Positions 1 to 15,083 of a DNA stretch of 64,000 bases are shown here, one piece after another (position 1 is the first letter of the stretch; each line of letters begins with the position of its first letter). Source of the stretch: Eledone cirrhosa. Lineage: Eukaryota. Made by a program: the position numbers and the translations under genes. The notes beneath the pieces are model-generated. The model was not told where the DNA came from and did no database searches. It worked only from the letters and a program-made list of their open reading frames with translations. Location: NCBI GenBank assembly GCA_964016885.1, contig OZ024743.1, positions 343,108,001-343,172,000 of the forward strand. The letters are read 5' to 3'.

Positions 1-2544
1 TCTGTCAGACAGACCGATACCGGAATCTACTGAAGTGGGCTTTTTAACCATGTTAACATGCTGGATCTACCAAACAATTGAATGGCCATTCTTTTAAATA
101 TGGTCGGATGTGTCGCTATGTACAGCAGCATTCTCCATAAATATAAGAACTAATGAGTCTGGGAAAAGCAAAAAAAATCATACAATCCCGGTCCCTTTAC
201 CTACAGTTGTATGTAACTATGCCTAAATATAAAGACAGTTGATTTAACAAAAGCTGTTAGAGCGTTTTTATATGTTCTGGGTCTCTGCGCTCAGTTCAAA
301 TCCTGCCGAGTACCACTTTGCGTTTTTCCCATTTGGAACCGGTAAAAAAAAAAAGTACCAACCTAGTTGTTGCATCCTGAATATCTCGCTCGTTGCAGAG
401 CAGAAGAGTCACGATGTTTTCTTTGTCTGCACACACCTACATGAGCTCTTAAAAAACTAAGCGTAAACGTACTATGTCATACTTGATTGCGAGTATGACA
501 TTATATGTATAATTAATATTTTTAGAGGACCACTTAAAATCGTTTCCAATCTTCTCAGCCCTTATTAAAACAATTTATTTGTTGTATTTATTTTCAGATA
601 AAGAGACCTAAACAGCAATTCTCAGAACATGGACACAACTCTCTGAACCTTTGAACTTCTAGTGAATGAAAACCCGGATGAATTCATTTTATCATTTTAT
701 CATTTTTTTTTTTTTTTTTTTTTTTAAATCAGTTGTTTATAACGTATTCGGTTGTACAATAAACTACAAGTGCCTTCTGATCATCGCGTATTACGGATAT
801 ATTTCTTCTTCCTCGGTTACAAGCCTCATTTTCAAGCCCAATAGCTTTTTCTTATTCCGTCTCCTCTTCCATTTTTCTTCATTCATCAAATTTATTTCTT
901 CGTCTTGTGTTTATTTTATTTTTTCTATTTATATTGCTATTTATTTGTGTGGCGGAGTGGTTAGAGAATTGGATTCGCAATTGTGAGGTTGAGTTCAATT
1001 CCTGGACCGGGCGATGTGTGTTGGGAGATCTCCCCGTCGGTGGGTAGGGTGTTAACAGGTCTGCCCAACGACAGCCAAGCAGACCTCATTGCTCACAAAA
1101 TTTTTTTTTTTTTTTTTTCTGAGTGTCTAGTTAACAAGAACCCAATTCTTTAAAATCTGTTGATTGTCGAGTCGACAGAGAAACAAACATCCATCCGAAG
1201 ACCAGTGGGTTGAATACTGTCACTGGTGCTGCACCAAAGCTGGAATAGTTAGTTCTCAACGGCACAATTCACCTAAATATAGTTCACCACTGTATCCAAT
1301 GGCAGTACTCTAAAATTGGCTGGTGTGTTTCGCTGACTTTCAGTGCTGATTTCAATTCCTTTCTTGGGTAACCCAGAGGTACTGAGGTACTACTAGGCCC
1401 ATCTATATAACCTAAATGCAGTAAGCTTGGTCCGTCTCGCAGAGACAAGGAGAAACAAAATTACTTTGTTTTATTTCAACACTATCACCGTTTTTTGATA
1501 AAGACTGTTCTTGTGCTGATAAACTATCAAAATATTCACTTTTGTAATATCTATATTTTAACTTAGAACTTCTGAAACTTCCCCTATGTCCGCCTGTTAG
1601 TTTCTATAGGGGAGGGTGTCGGATTCCGAATTCATCTTGAGAACTATGGAAATCCAACACACATACATCTCGATAACCTCTTTTATAGGATGGCAGTAGA
1701 GACGTGAAATGTCTCGAAATATTTTTTGGGCGAGTTGTAGTAACAGTTGGTGTTGGTTAGTTGTATTTGTTTAACTATAATCTTTTAGGTAGCTAGGATT
1801 ATACCACACATAAGAAATCCCCAGACGAAATGGCATTATAGCTGACTTGAAAAATCTCTACATATTTATTTTATGCATATATTCAAATAAAAACTGTAAC
1901 ATAGGTTAATGTCGTGACCAATGGTGCTAGGAGCAGATGAGGATTACTAAGAGACTGAGCTTTTAAGTATGTGTAGGATTATAATTGTACTTTATATAAT
2001 ACAAGAAGAAATAAAAAGTCGGTAAAACACATCCTAAGATATGTTTGAAAAATATCTTTAAAGAAACGTTTTTCTAAAGCATGCATGTAAACAAAATATT
2101 CAGAATTTATTAAAAAGCATATTAAAATGTATTAATGGATAACAAGAACCACAAGTACTTTTATCTTTTCTTCGCTTTCTAAAATCTTAGTTTATAGTTA
2201 GGAATCGCAATCGAAAAATGATTCTTCGAAAAGTAATGCAACTTCTAGAAACGAAGATATCTAAGATAAAATTTACAGAACATTTTAATTCAGCCTTAAA
2301 AAAATTGATAAAACAAGGCAGCAATTCTGGGTGGCGGGGGAAGTCGATTATATCGACCTCAGTATTTCGTTGTGTGTTGAATATAACAAAGCGTCGACAA
2401 AGCCGTGGTTTCGTTTCCTGCGGGAGTTTCACTTTTATAGTGGCTGTATTATTAAATGTAAGCATATGTCATTTTGTCATTTGTCTTTGTAATGCTTCCT
2501 CGTCTGTTGCCCTCGAGATGAATACAAAATCCTTATTATTATTA

Positions 2545-2770
2545 GTTCAAATCCCGCCGAGGTTAGCTTTGCCTTTCATCCTTAGGGGGTCGATAAAATA
2601 AAGTACCAGTAACGTACTGGGGGTCGATTTAATTGACTTTCCCCTCCCCAAATTACTGGCCTTGTGTCTATACTAGAAATTATTATTATTAGTTCAAGTC
2701 TTGCCGAGGTTAGCTTTGCCTTTCATCCTTACAGGGTCGATAAAATAAAGCACCAGTAATGTACTGGGGA
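2545..2770 (+). mobile_element. Two 5'-truncated tandem SINE copies
   Basis: gttcaaatccccgccgaggttagctttgcctttcatcc..gtcgataaaataaagtaccag twice. Confidence 0.8.
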
Positions 2771-3408
2771 AACAGTTGGCCCAGGAGTGGAAACTGATTA
2801 AGCGAAGAAGAACCTAGGCCAACCTAACCATCCAGGGCGAAGCAAAAGCAGCAACGCAAAGGAGGACTTTGCATTATATATGTATTTCCTTGTTTTCGGG
2901 GTGCGAGGTATGCACCAGAACTAAATGTTTCCAGCTTTTTTTTTTTATCAGACCTGTTCCTGAGCAAAGAGCCAGCAGAAGACAAAACTCTATCAGGAAT
3001 CAACCAACACTAACTACCTTTTGACTTCAATCATACCTTTTCTTATACAATATTATATAATAAAATGTTTTACTGATACTATATGTGTTGTTTCTGAAAT
3101 TTCTATGTATTCCACAGTTTGTACAAAGTGATTTGTGTTTATTCTGTGTTTTTATGTCCTCAAGTGATAAATACACCATCACTTGTTGAAACGGAAAGAG
3201 CTCAACCGTCCGGCCCAGACTCTTTCTAGTCTCAGCAAACCAACCAATTATCAATGTCATTCATTCACGAATAAATTTAGGTATCCACCACGTTAGAGCG
3301 AAAACAAATTGTTTTTAATTTTCAACAAAGTCGGCCGTAAAATCGCAGGTATGTAAATTTGGTTAATCAGCCGATGTATGCCTTTTATAATACTATGTAT
3401 TCTCAGAA

Positions 3409-3507
3409 GTTCCAGCAGGTAGCAGTGACTAGAGAATATACAGTCTTGATAAGAAGCAATAACTCCGAAACAATTGTCGACTGTTTTCTCTCTGCTACCG
3501 CTGGAAC
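3409..3507 (+). ncRNA. Type I hammerhead ribozyme motif, U3-A8 core variant, long stem I
   Basis: cagtc-TTGATAA-gaag caataa ctcc-GAAAC-AATT-GTC-gactg; stem I extends via agagaa/ttctct and gttccagc.ggtagcag/ctgctacc.gctggaac; predicted cleavage after C3478. Confidence 0.7.
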
Positions 3508-3649
3508 AAAAGGATGACGTCAGTCATCTAGAAAACACAAGTGTCATTGTGAGGCTGTTTGCTTGCAAATGAACCGAATATTAATAATATTATTATAATA
3601 TTATTATTATTCATTCATGAATACATATATACGTACATATGTATATATA

Positions 3650-3856
3650 TATATATAATATAAGATCAAAAGATGGTTAAAAGAGTTCCATGTATTTTAT
3701 TATGCGCATTTAAAATACAAATATCATCATGGGATGATATTTGCGTTCTCATCAGATAAAATAGGGAGACATGATATGAAGCTTAAAAACACTTGCGAGC
3801 AGTGAAGTGTTAAATCAACATATGAAAAATAAAGTAAGATGGATATATGACATTGG

Positions 3857-3888
<32 letters not shown>

Positions 3889-6527
3889 GGAGGAAGAAAG
3901 AAAACAAAGGATGAAGGGGGAGGAGTATAAGAAGGAAGGATGAGAGAGGGGGAGAAATGGGTGATAGAGAGAGAAATAGCCTTTAAAACTGAGAAAACAC
4001 TGTCTCACAGAGAGAAATTAAAAAAACCGTTGAAAGATAATAGATAATTTTAAAAGATTTTGAAATTAAAAGTTAATGAGGTTTATCAATGGTGATGTTT
4101 ATGATTAAAGAGAAAGGAATTAAGAATAGTATTTATTTAAGGTTTATATATTGAAGGGTTTAATAATATGTGCGGAAAAAAGAATTTATTAATATGTATT
4201 ATTAAAATAAAAATATTAAGGAGAGATTAAATGAATTGTGAACTTAGAGGAATTAGTTAGGGTTTAAGTTTGTTTTTATGTACTGTAATATGTAAAAGTA
4301 AATAATAGGTTTAATACGAGCACGGAAGGAGAGAAGAAAGAAGAAAATTTAAGGAAGAAAAAATATATAACGTCAAAAAATATATATGTTTACAAAATTT
4401 ACTAATGGTAATATTAGTATATATTAAAAAAATATAGTTTGTATGGCCAAGAATATAAGGAAAAAGGAAAATGCTATAGCGAGTAATAATATCAATTAAG
4501 AAGTAATTGAGAAGTAAAAGTTACAGATTAAAGATTAGAAATTAAAAAAGGAAAAAGGATAAAAAAGAAGAAAGATAGGGGACCGCTAACGACATAGAAT
4601 GAGTAAATTTTATAATATAATATACTGAAATAAGATAGAAAGATGGGTATATTTGTAAAAGATATAAAAGCCTTTGAGAAAAGATTTTAAACTAATTAGG
4701 TATTGAGATATTAGCTGTATACTTTATGGAAAGTTCTATGGAATTTATGCAAGCAGAGCGAAAATAAATCCGTACGTCTATTTATTATAGAATTAAAATT
4801 AGAGATAATGGTAAATTTCTCGGCTAGGTAGAGATTACATGTTCTGGATAGGGAAGAATTCCGGTAAGGAAAGGCGTTGCAAACCTTCCTCCAAGAGATG
4901 TTATAGTTAATATTTTTGTCTTTTAAGCACCATATGAGTTCCGAGTGTGCCGTGTTAGTTCTTTTAAGTTGGTATTTAAAAGACGAATTGTGATTATAAA
5001 ATCTTGCTTTAAAGGAAGTGGAAGTGGAACCAAAATAGGTAAAAGAATTAGTACCAGTTATAACCCTACATTCATACACTAAGTTTTTATCACGACATTG
5101 GTTATTAAGAGGACATTTAGTTCTAACAGGGCAATTACAATTACGATTAGAGAAATTACCAGAGTTATTAACAAGTGACCTAGTATTATTTGTAAAAGGA
5201 ATTGGATTGGAGAAGTTATTTACGATAGGAACTATAGTTTCCTGATTTAGATTGGTGTTATGAACATTCAACGTTACGTTTGACGTCGTATTTAAATTTA
5301 CTGAATCTAGCCTAGAGTTAACATTGGCGTCGGGTTTACTATTGCTATTATTATGACGCTCAGTGTTGGATGGATATAATTTATTATTTAATATTTTATT
5401 ATTATGTTTAGAGATAATGTTAGAGATGTTGGAAGTGGTGGAATAAGAGAATTTGATTGTATGTTTGTTAAAGATCTTACTATAGATATGCGAGGGAGGG
5501 AAGCATTTATCTAAGGCCCTAAAAAATAGTTTAGGAATATTACTAGTAATAGATAGAGAAAAGGAGCATTATACCAAATCATATTTTTGTATCTAGATCT
5601 TTTGTTTAAGTTATTGGAATGTTCATAACTATCTATTTTACTATAAGTCCTTCGATGGTTGGTTTCTTTACTGTATTTAATTTTATCAGGATAACCGGCT
5701 TTGGAAAGCGCATTATTATAATAATTGGCATTAGCGTCGAAGATAACTTTATTAGAGGATAGATTTGAGATTCTTTTTTCAACATTACTGACTATAGCAT
5801 TTTTAACGTTAGTGGGGTGGTTAGATTTAAAATTAACATAATTTAGATTCTCATTTTCTTTATGGTAAGGGTAATATAGGCCGGTGTCAAGATTAAGGGA
5901 TATATCCAGGAAGTTAGCTAGTTTGACGTTGTTATCAAATTCAATTTTAAGGTTATGGTGCTTAAATAGATCAAGTATATTATTCTTAATAATATTAAGG
6001 TTAACTAAGTTACAGTTTAAGGCAGTAAAAAGAGCATCGTCACAATAAATTCCACCGCGAAGTTGAGGAATTTTCCGATTTAAAGAATTCAAAATAAAGA
6101 TACCAATCAAGTCCGTCAATTGCGCTGAATCGGACGCACCCATTGTGATATCAAAATTGTTGGAAGTATCAGCTCTAGTCCAATATTCGTTGTTGAATTC
6201 CAGGATAGTTTTTCTTGCGGTGAGAATGATGTAAAGTTCATCTGTGGTAATGTTTAAATGCGAAAGATAGAGCGTTGTTGAGGAGTTAAGGCGAAATAGA
6301 AGAATAGTAACTGGCAATGTCAAACTGAATAAATTTTTTGTTTGTTTTTATTATTCAGGTCATATATATATTTTTTTTCTATTATTCAGGTCATATATAT
6401 ATAGTAGAACACTTGTGGAATATATCCGTAGTAGTAGAGCGCTCAGTCCATGAGAAAAGTTTGGTAAAAGTAGTTCCACAACAATTTGTATTACCGGAAA
6501 TGGTGAATTTACTGTTGTGGAACTACT
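3650..6527 (-). mobile_element. 5'-truncated, frameshifted Penelope-like element (Naiad-like), RT + GIY-YIG
   Basis: ORF 5511-6323 has RT motifs (FDITMGASDSAQ, IYCDD, NFLDISLNL, SNHP). ORF 4711-5271 has CNC..CPL..C, LVYEC..YFG.T..FKARFYNH (GIY-YIG). 3' end carries an HHR and abuts (TA)n; a 15-bp fold-back (6469-6483/6513-6527) marks the 5' junction. Confidence 0.88.
3695..3761 (-). ncRNA. Hammerhead ribozyme in the PLE 3' terminal repeat (G12 mutated in this copy)
   Basis: Minus strand: ttttat-CTGATGA-long stem II-(T)AAAT-GCGC-ATA-ataaaa; the paralogous partial repeat at ~7070-7170 retains GAAAT-GCGC-ATA. Confidence 0.65.
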
Positions 6528-6548
6528 ATATATATATATATATATATA

Positions 6549-7037
6549 TCATTCACTTGTTAACTTGTATTTGCGATACGTTGGCTGAGTGCTTATGGCG
6601 GGAGCGGAACTATTTGAATTTCGTCTCCTCCCATCGTGTAAATTTCTGAAGCGGTAGCCAATCGGTAGCCACGTAGAGATTTCAGTTGCTAATGTTTTAC
6701 TGTGTTGGCCGTCACATACATTCATGGCCGGCACGGACTGGAATCAAATTCTGTCGATCGATTGGTTATTGATTAGGCGAAACCCGCTGATGAAGCCTCA
6801 TACGCCGATTGTGCATTGTTGTATAATGAATACGGACAGTAGATGCTGTGCACTCTATTGCAGTATTAAGTGTGGCCGAAACTCGAGTACGAGTAAAAAT
6901 TGAAGGTACCCATTTACGTGCGTTGTATTGAAGCGAATAAATATATGTCTACTCTGGGAGTTTATTTAACATTACCTATTGTGTGTGCTGTGATGCAACC
7001 GGTCCTATCAGTGAAATTCATGCTAGTTCCGTCAATT

Positions 7038-7040
<3 letters not shown>
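6549..7040 (+). mobile_element. (TA)n-bounded insertion with a degenerate hammerhead (pLTR/retrozyme-like fragment)
   Basis: CTGATGA at ~6787, long stem II (gcc..ggc), GAAAC-TCG-AGTA-CGA-GTA at ~6878-6895; stem I not recoverable; (TA)n on both sides. Confidence 0.4.
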
Positions 7041-7067
<27 letters not shown>

Positions 7068-7077
<10 letters not shown>

Positions 7078-7170
7078 AGATCAAAAGATGGTTAAAGGAG
7101 TTCCATGTATTTTATTATGCGCATTTCAAAAACAAACATCATCATGCAATAATATTTATGTTTTCACCTC
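7068..7170 (-). repeat. Partial direct copy of the PLE terminal repeat at 3655-3750, between (TA)n tracts
   Basis: taatataagatcaaaagatggttaaa(a/g)gagttccatgtatt..tatgcgcatt shared with 3657-3710. Confidence 0.8.
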
Positions 7171-7171
7171 C

Positions 7172-7209
<38 letters not shown>

Positions 7210-7837
7210 GAGTTCAAATTTTGCCGAAGTTAACTTAAAATCCTTCTAGCTAGAGTCGATGAATAAAGTACCAGTTAAGCACGAGTCAAAATCGAAAATA
7301 TACTTTTGTCAACTCCTGAAGTCTGTGTCCTTGTGTCTATGTTAAAAATCAATATTACATCTTCCATTCTTGATGAAGTTTGTGTTTTCTTCGTTATGTT
7401 TTGTTTTGCTTTTCATTTAGTTTAAATGGGCAAGGAAGGGAAGGAAGCTAGCCTGGTGAGACAACAACGAGACTTTGCAATGTAATCTGACCTCTGCACC
7501 TTGTCTGTGTTGTAATTTGGTTTAAAGGATCATGTTAACAAGTAGACGTTTATGTTGAAGGTGGGGGGGGGGAGAAGATGAAAGAGGAAAAGTGGTAGAA
7601 AGACAGAAGATATGAAAGAGAAAGTAAGAAATAGAGAATAAGAGAAAGAGAGAGATGGGGAAGTGAGAAAGAAAAAAAGACAGATAAAAAAAAGGGGAAA
7701 ATAGAGGGAAGAGAGAGAAAAAAAAGCAAAGGAAAGATTGAGGTGCAGAGAAATGAAAAGGAAAGGTAAAGAGAGCAAAGATAAAAATGATAGAAAAGAA
7801 AAAGAGTGTGGTCAGGAGAACATGTAGATATATTGAA

Positions 7838-7902
<65 letters not shown>

Positions 7903-8241
7903 AGAAGTAAGTTTTTCAAAGATGAAATGGGAGAGAAGTGGATTAAAAAAAATACCAACTGAGGTAGAACTAGAAACGATGATAGTGGATGAAAAGAGAA
8001 AGAGTTGGCAATGACTGAGAGAGAGAGAGATTGGAAGATAAACAGATAATTATATAGGGAGAGAGAAAGTGTGTGGTTAATGGGTGATGGTTGGGGGATA
8101 CGAAGATGATAATAAGAAAGTCTAAGAAGAATAAGTGCGAGAAAGAAAGAGAAGAGACAGAAAGAGAAAAGGCTGACTGTATGTGATAATGAACGGGAGA
8201 GAAAACTTGATTGATTGACTGTGTGGGATTGTGAGAGGTAG

Positions 8242-8880
<639 letters not shown>

Positions 8881-9544
8881 AATAGGGGTAGAGATCTTGT
8901 TACTGGAGGTAGAAGTGACTCTCGGGGTGAATTTTATTTACCTGACATTTAGTGAAAACAGACTGAATAAGAAGATGGCACGTTGTGTGGACTGTTGACA
9001 ACAGAAGCGTGTGACCTCTTCACCTGTCAGCTATGGAATCTGTTCAACTCTTTAGTAGGGATCTTACAGTTAGGGGGAAAACATTTGTTGATTCCGAGTA
9101 AACAGGATTTACACAAATAAACTAATTGCCCTAGCTGCCTATAAGGAGTTAAAGTAGGGAGTTCCTGCTGCTCAGAACAAGATGCAATATTTGAATAAAT
9201 AAATAAATAAATATGTGTGTATGTATGTATATATTTGTATATATAAATATATATGTACATATATATATATAGTATCGTCCTCACACCCTCACATATGCCA
9301 AGAAAAAGACATCCTACCGGAAGCTAATGTATGCGTAAATACGTGCACTGATGTATATGTGTGTATGTGTATATGTATACAAGTGTGCGTATGTGTGTAC
9401 GTATTGTGTATGTATGTGTTTAAGTATTATGTATGTATCATGCATGTATGTATGCGTGTATGTATGTATATATCTATGACATTGCAGTCTCCCCTTTAAA
9501 AAGGAGTCGTCTGCTTCCTTTACGCAACAACAGTTCTCTGAAAG

Positions 9545-9821
9545 ATGTCGCCTTACACATTACTGGCCGGCTGTAGTTTGCTGTTATGCCTGTTGAATCC
9601 AATCTTTGGCCAGACAATATGCGATACCATCCAAGCTGGACAATGGGTGAGAGATATCCAAGATTGTACAGTGGCCCATCAATGTGGTTTTGAAGGTGAA
9701 ATTGCCCAGTCGACTCATTGTAATACAAGCCAAGTATGGTCAAATCTTGCTCATGCCTGTGTATGGGAAGGTGATCCTGACAGAGATGATTGCAATGGAA
9801 ACCCACATGTCCCTATCGCTG
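9545..9821 (+). CDS. Coding exon 1 of a secreted chitin-binding (peritrophin-A/CBM14 x3) protein: signal peptide + domain 1
   Basis: ATG 9545; hydrophobic leader MSPYTLLAGCSLLLCLLNPIFG; 6-Cys domain CDTIQAGQWVRDIQDCTVAHQC..HCNTSQVWSNLAHACVW..DDC; phase-1 donor G|gtaaat at 9821/9822. Confidence 0.85.
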
Positions 9822-10944
9822 GTAAATCATTCTTTTATTTCATTTTGTATATAGTTCTTCTTCTTCTTTCTTCTTCTTTTTCTTCTTCTTCTTCTTCTTC
9901 TTCTTCTTCTTCTTCTCGTTTTCTATTTTTCATTGTGTCTGCGATTGAAGTATTGATTCCTGAAATGGACCTCCGTCGTCTTCGACGATGCGTCTCCCAG
10001 TTGTTCGATCAATGAAACAGTCTGCTCGTTAAAATCAACGTGTGAGGGGCCGAGCATTCCACATACATGTGTATCCTTAAAATCATTTTCAGGGAGATAC
10101 AATGTGACACGGTTAACACTTTGAATTACAGATAGAGTCCATTCTCCGGGCTTCCAAACAGTTTCCAACTACCTAGTATTCACAATACATGAGTTAACCC
10201 AAGATTTTGGTGAATGGCACTTGCCTAAGATGCCATGCAGTGGGATCAAACCTGGAACCTAATAATTTCGAAACGAACTTTTAATTATTCGGACATGATG
10301 CGTCTGCTACTGGTTCTTAGCCCCGATAGAATACCTTAACTTTGAGAGATATGTATAGTCGATTAGATCAACCGCGCTACGTGGAGCGTAACAACCTTGG
10401 CTAGATTTGCACTAAGAATATACAGGGGAGCAGCTTCATACTGCAAATCATTTATTCCGTCACTCTATTGATTCCATCAATCATCACACGCATTTAACAA
10501 ACCAACAGCTAAATTCCCTTCAAATCATTCACTTCTAGCTTAAATAAGAACAGTTCGGAGAATGAATATAGTTCTATAGACATGATATCTGGAACATCTT
10601 TTATTGGTCAGAGATGGTCTGGAGCTAAAAAAACAACTACACGTCACAAAGCAGCGAGGGAATTGTTATGAGATCGCTTGACCAACTAGAAATAGTAATC
10701 AAATCTCCCTAAAATCCCACTCAAGCTAAGATGCATTGCACAATATATTCCAAGATAGACCATACCTCAAAAACAAAATACATGATAGTGAAGGCTAGAA
10801 TTCGTTTGATTAGAGATTTGCTTGCTCAAGTCTGACTTGATAATGAACAACAATAGCAACAACAACCAGTTACCATCCGGGCAGACCTGTATCAATGGAA
10901 ACATTAATGTTACAGTTCTGCTTTTAATTATTACACCAGGGCAG

Positions 10945-11130
10945 TGGATTGGCAGTATCGGTAGAGCGTCAGACACCACGCTTTGTAGCATAGAGTTATG
11001 GCCCTTTATGTTCTGAGTTCAAATCCCGCTGAGGTTAACTTTGCCTTTCATCCTTATGGGGTCGATAAAATAAAGTACCAGTAATACTCTGAGATAATTG
11101 CTGGCCTTGTGCCAAAAGTAGAAAGAATTA
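10945..11130 (+). mobile_element. Full-length SINE (same family) in intron 1
   Basis: ggattggcagtatcggtagagcgtc..gagttcaaatcccg..ctggccttgtgccaaaagtagaaa. Confidence 0.85.
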
Positions 11131-11299
11131 TTACACCTCTTATTCCTGAATAGAGTGAGAGAATGAACGGATGCAAGGTATTAGAAAAAAATCACCAAAA
11201 CCACGCTATATATACTACTTACAGCTGTGAACTCTATTTTCACTAGGTATCAATTTATAGCTTAGAAAGCTGAGACAGCCAAACCTGCTTGCAAATACG

Positions 11300-13000
11300 T
11301 TCCAATTTCTTTATTTACGAATGCGCTGATGAAATCCAACTTCAGAGCAATTCTTGATTAATTAATTATGTGATCTAATCACACGCATTATATTAGGGTT
11401 TTCAAAATCGATTACCATGAGCAATTGTTTGTGGTAATGCAATTATAAGTATATGGGAAAACTATATTATTGTTATTGAAAAGACTTTCGAAATTCAGAT
11501 GATTTACTAAGCTTTAAACATTTTTTGCGGCAACAATATTCAATCAAATTTTTATTAAAATCTTATATCCATGATTTATCGCAAAATGGAAATATTAAAT
11601 TCAAGGAATCCAGGGAAATGTTTGCATGTTTAAGTGAAGGGATGGGTTGTACTATTAAGATATTTACTTGTCTAATTTACCGTTAGAGACATTAGATTGT
11701 GTGATATGTATTTTATTTTCAAATCAACAATTACGAATAACGAAATCTTAATGAACATTGCCTCGTTAACTGATATTTGGGTTTAGGTTTCGTAGAACGT
11801 TTGGCGAGTAGGGTTTGAATTCTTATTTATACAAAGTAATATTTCATTTGATTTCGGGAAGAGAAAATTTATTCATAACTAAATTTAAGTTAATATTCAG
11901 AAAAGTAACTATACTGAAGTTAGATTGACTAATTCTTAAACGTATTTCTCTAAATAACTTGATGAGGTCTTTTCTGAATGTACCTAGTTCATAGCCGCTC
12001 ACATTGCATGAAACTGTAAGACCATCGTATCTATATAAACTTTGTAAGGTATCAAATATTTTAGGCAAAAACTACTAAATATAAATTCCAATAACTTTGC
12101 ATGAATCCGCCCGATTATATGATCAAATGAAAATATCAAACAATACGCCTCCATTTTTTTTTTAGTCACGATAAATTATCGAAAATGTATATGTGCATCA
12201 TAATAACTTTAATATTAAATTCAGATTGGTACCTTGTTGCCTGCGAAAGTTAAAACTGACAAAAGAAACATTTGTATGGAAAGTTAGAATGATATAATAT
12301 GAAACTGAGTAAATTTGCTGTTTTGTTAATCGATAATACTGTTAAACCACTCATTTACAGACGTTCTATTGGAACGAAAATTTCGTTTTTTTTATTCTTA
12401 GTATAATGGAATCTAGAATATGTTGGTTAACTTAGTTTTGACAGAGTTGATTAACCTGTATTTAGGATGAGAAGAGAAATCAACTTTGTGGTCTTTAAGA
12501 GTATGTCGCTATATTTAGAGTAGTGGCAATTTTATTTTATACAAGGTTTATGGAGTTATGTGTATTAATACTAGCTTCTTTGTAAATGTTAGTAATCTTA
12601 TTTGGTAATAGTTTTATATATATGTTTCTGATCTTGTCCGATGATACATGGATTTGTTTTTTCATCGTGATATTTAATTCGTATTTTAAAATATGTTGAT
12701 GATTTTCCTAGATCTTACATGTTTTACTAAATTTCTGCAAAAAGTATCTCTGCTCTAAATCCGAACTTGTTGTCTGAGTGAGTTTCAGCTATGTCTTTGT
12801 CGGACAAATAAACACGCCATTTCATTCTAGTAAAATCTCGTTGATTAGACGCTGTGGCTATTATTTTTCGTTCGGTGGAATAGAACTAGTTTTATAAAAA
12901 ATTTCGACTGATACTGTTCCATATTAAGCTTTTCGTTTTTGTACTGTATTCTATTTAAGGAAAGATAAATGTAGAAACATAAGAGTAAACAAGAGGAAGA
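11300..13000 (-). pseudogene. Highly decayed Penelope-like RT relic in intron 1
   Basis: ORF 11844-12068 LYRYDGL..FRKDLIKLF..VTFLNINLNL aligns by eye with the YRDDGL..FRKKL..VNYLDVTLNL block of the 47.8-49.1 kb element; boundaries approximate. Confidence 0.65.
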
Positions 13001-14346
13001 AATAAGAGTACTCAAAACTGAAAGTAGTGTTATAAGTTATTGGTACTAGAAACTTCACAAATCGTTACTCCGAGTTTCTAATTTTCAATCTTGGGGCGAT
13101 TATGAAAAGTAGAACATGAAATTTGTATATAGTAAATATGCAGTGAAAATGTTTGGATATTTGGAATAATATGCAACTCCGATTTGAAAGAGTTTAAAGA
13201 GATCTACATATTTACTTTACACTGCGATTAACATCGTTTCTATATTTTTCATATATACATTTATGTTTTCATGCCTTATATCGTTTTGTATAATTAAGCT
13301 CCAGCCACTCTCTATTCCTGTTAACTAAATAACGGTTATATTGTCAACCAATATTATTCCAATTTTCAATTTGATTCAAATAGTTTTTGTTGCGAATGTT
13401 TATTATATACTAGTTTTTATGTTCTATATTTCATAATCTTTTTGTATCAGGTAAAATATAGGGGTTTAAAAATAGGTAGAGTGGATTATATGAGTTGGTA
13501 ACCATTCGTGAAGTGTATGTACTATGTGTATGCATACTGCATAATACTGCATACATAGAGGCACACGTAACATTATACTGGGGAGTTTTAGAAGGTGTTG
13601 TATAAAAGAGTCAGATATTACTTTAGTGGAAGGAGTGAAGTGAAGTAAGAATTTTGATAACAAATAAATGAATGGCTGGAAAGAGTGGGTAAAGTATACA
13701 CAGACACAGGTGCATTCATAAATGCACACATACATACCCATGCACATATATGGACACATCCGTACATGCGCGTTCACCTACCTGCAAGTGTGCATGCATA
13801 GTCGCGTGCAGATACATACACACACACATATATATATATATACACACATATAAATACACACGTGCGCATCCGTATATACACACACACAGGCTCATGCATG
13901 TCCATATGGGGAGAGGAGGTGGAACTGTCTGCGCCTATGCTCATACAAGGCCCATGCATGTCCAAATGAGGAGGGGGAGTAGATTTGTCAGCACACAAGC
14001 ATCTACATGATTCATATACATACACGCACACGTGTACGTATTACATTCATATACCCAAACAAGAATCAGATAAGAAAAGGTTTAAGGTGATCTGCACATA
14101 TACACATGAAAAGTAAAATTTGTAAACTTACATGGGAGTAATGGTGGGTTGGTGGTACAATAGGAGTGGGTGAGAGATTTGGGCCTACAAACGAGTTCTT
14201 GGGGGAAGTGCTGGTACTTGGGTAGGTGTGTAGGGCGGGGCTTAGTCCAGGTACATTGCACATACAAAACGAAAAAGTATCGTCAGCTGACAAACAAGGG
14301 AGAGAACGGTGTGCGAGGGCTTAGTAAATATATATCTATATATTAG

Positions 14347-14446
<100 letters not shown>

Positions 14447-15021
14447 TACCCGACTAAACCGGCAACGCCACCAAGTTTACTTGGTGAGGAGGGTGATTTT
14501 GGGACACTCTGCAGGACAAAAAACAAAACCTGACAAAGGGTGGAAGAACTCATAAGAGTCAACGGCCATCCAAAAATGTGTAAATATGTATATACATATG
14601 TACATATGTATGTATATGTATATATGTATATGCATGTGTAAATGTGTGTATATAGGCGCGGGGAAATAATCGGGCTGGATACCCGATCGCGCAGTTAAAC
14701 CACTGGGAGTGAAGGACGCCTAGCTTTTGTCAGGGTATTCTTCTAGGAGAAGGCAAGTCAGGAAACTGGGATAACTCCGACATAAAACCTGCGGCTCAGT
14801 AGTTACCGATGGTGTTGATCTTTTCTTCTTTTCGGGTTATAGCTACTGTCGCTCAGAGAGTGGGATTGGCTCAGTGCACAGTCTTTCCTCACTTTAAAAA
14901 AAATCTTCACGCACAGGCATTGCACGATAGAATTAATTAATAATTATTAATAATGATATATCGTGCAATGGCCATACTTAATAACGAGGGGGCAGCCATC
15001 ATATATATATAGATATATGTG

Positions 15022-15083
<62 letters not shown>

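Noticed and set aside
2218-2601. 127-aa ORF as a host gene
   Set aside because: No recognisable domain, and its 3' end runs into a SINE; at most a decayed retroelement fragment.
9822-10015. C-terminal extension of the 156-aa ORF
   Set aside because: Read-through into intron 1 past a good donor site; contains a (TCT)n microsatellite.
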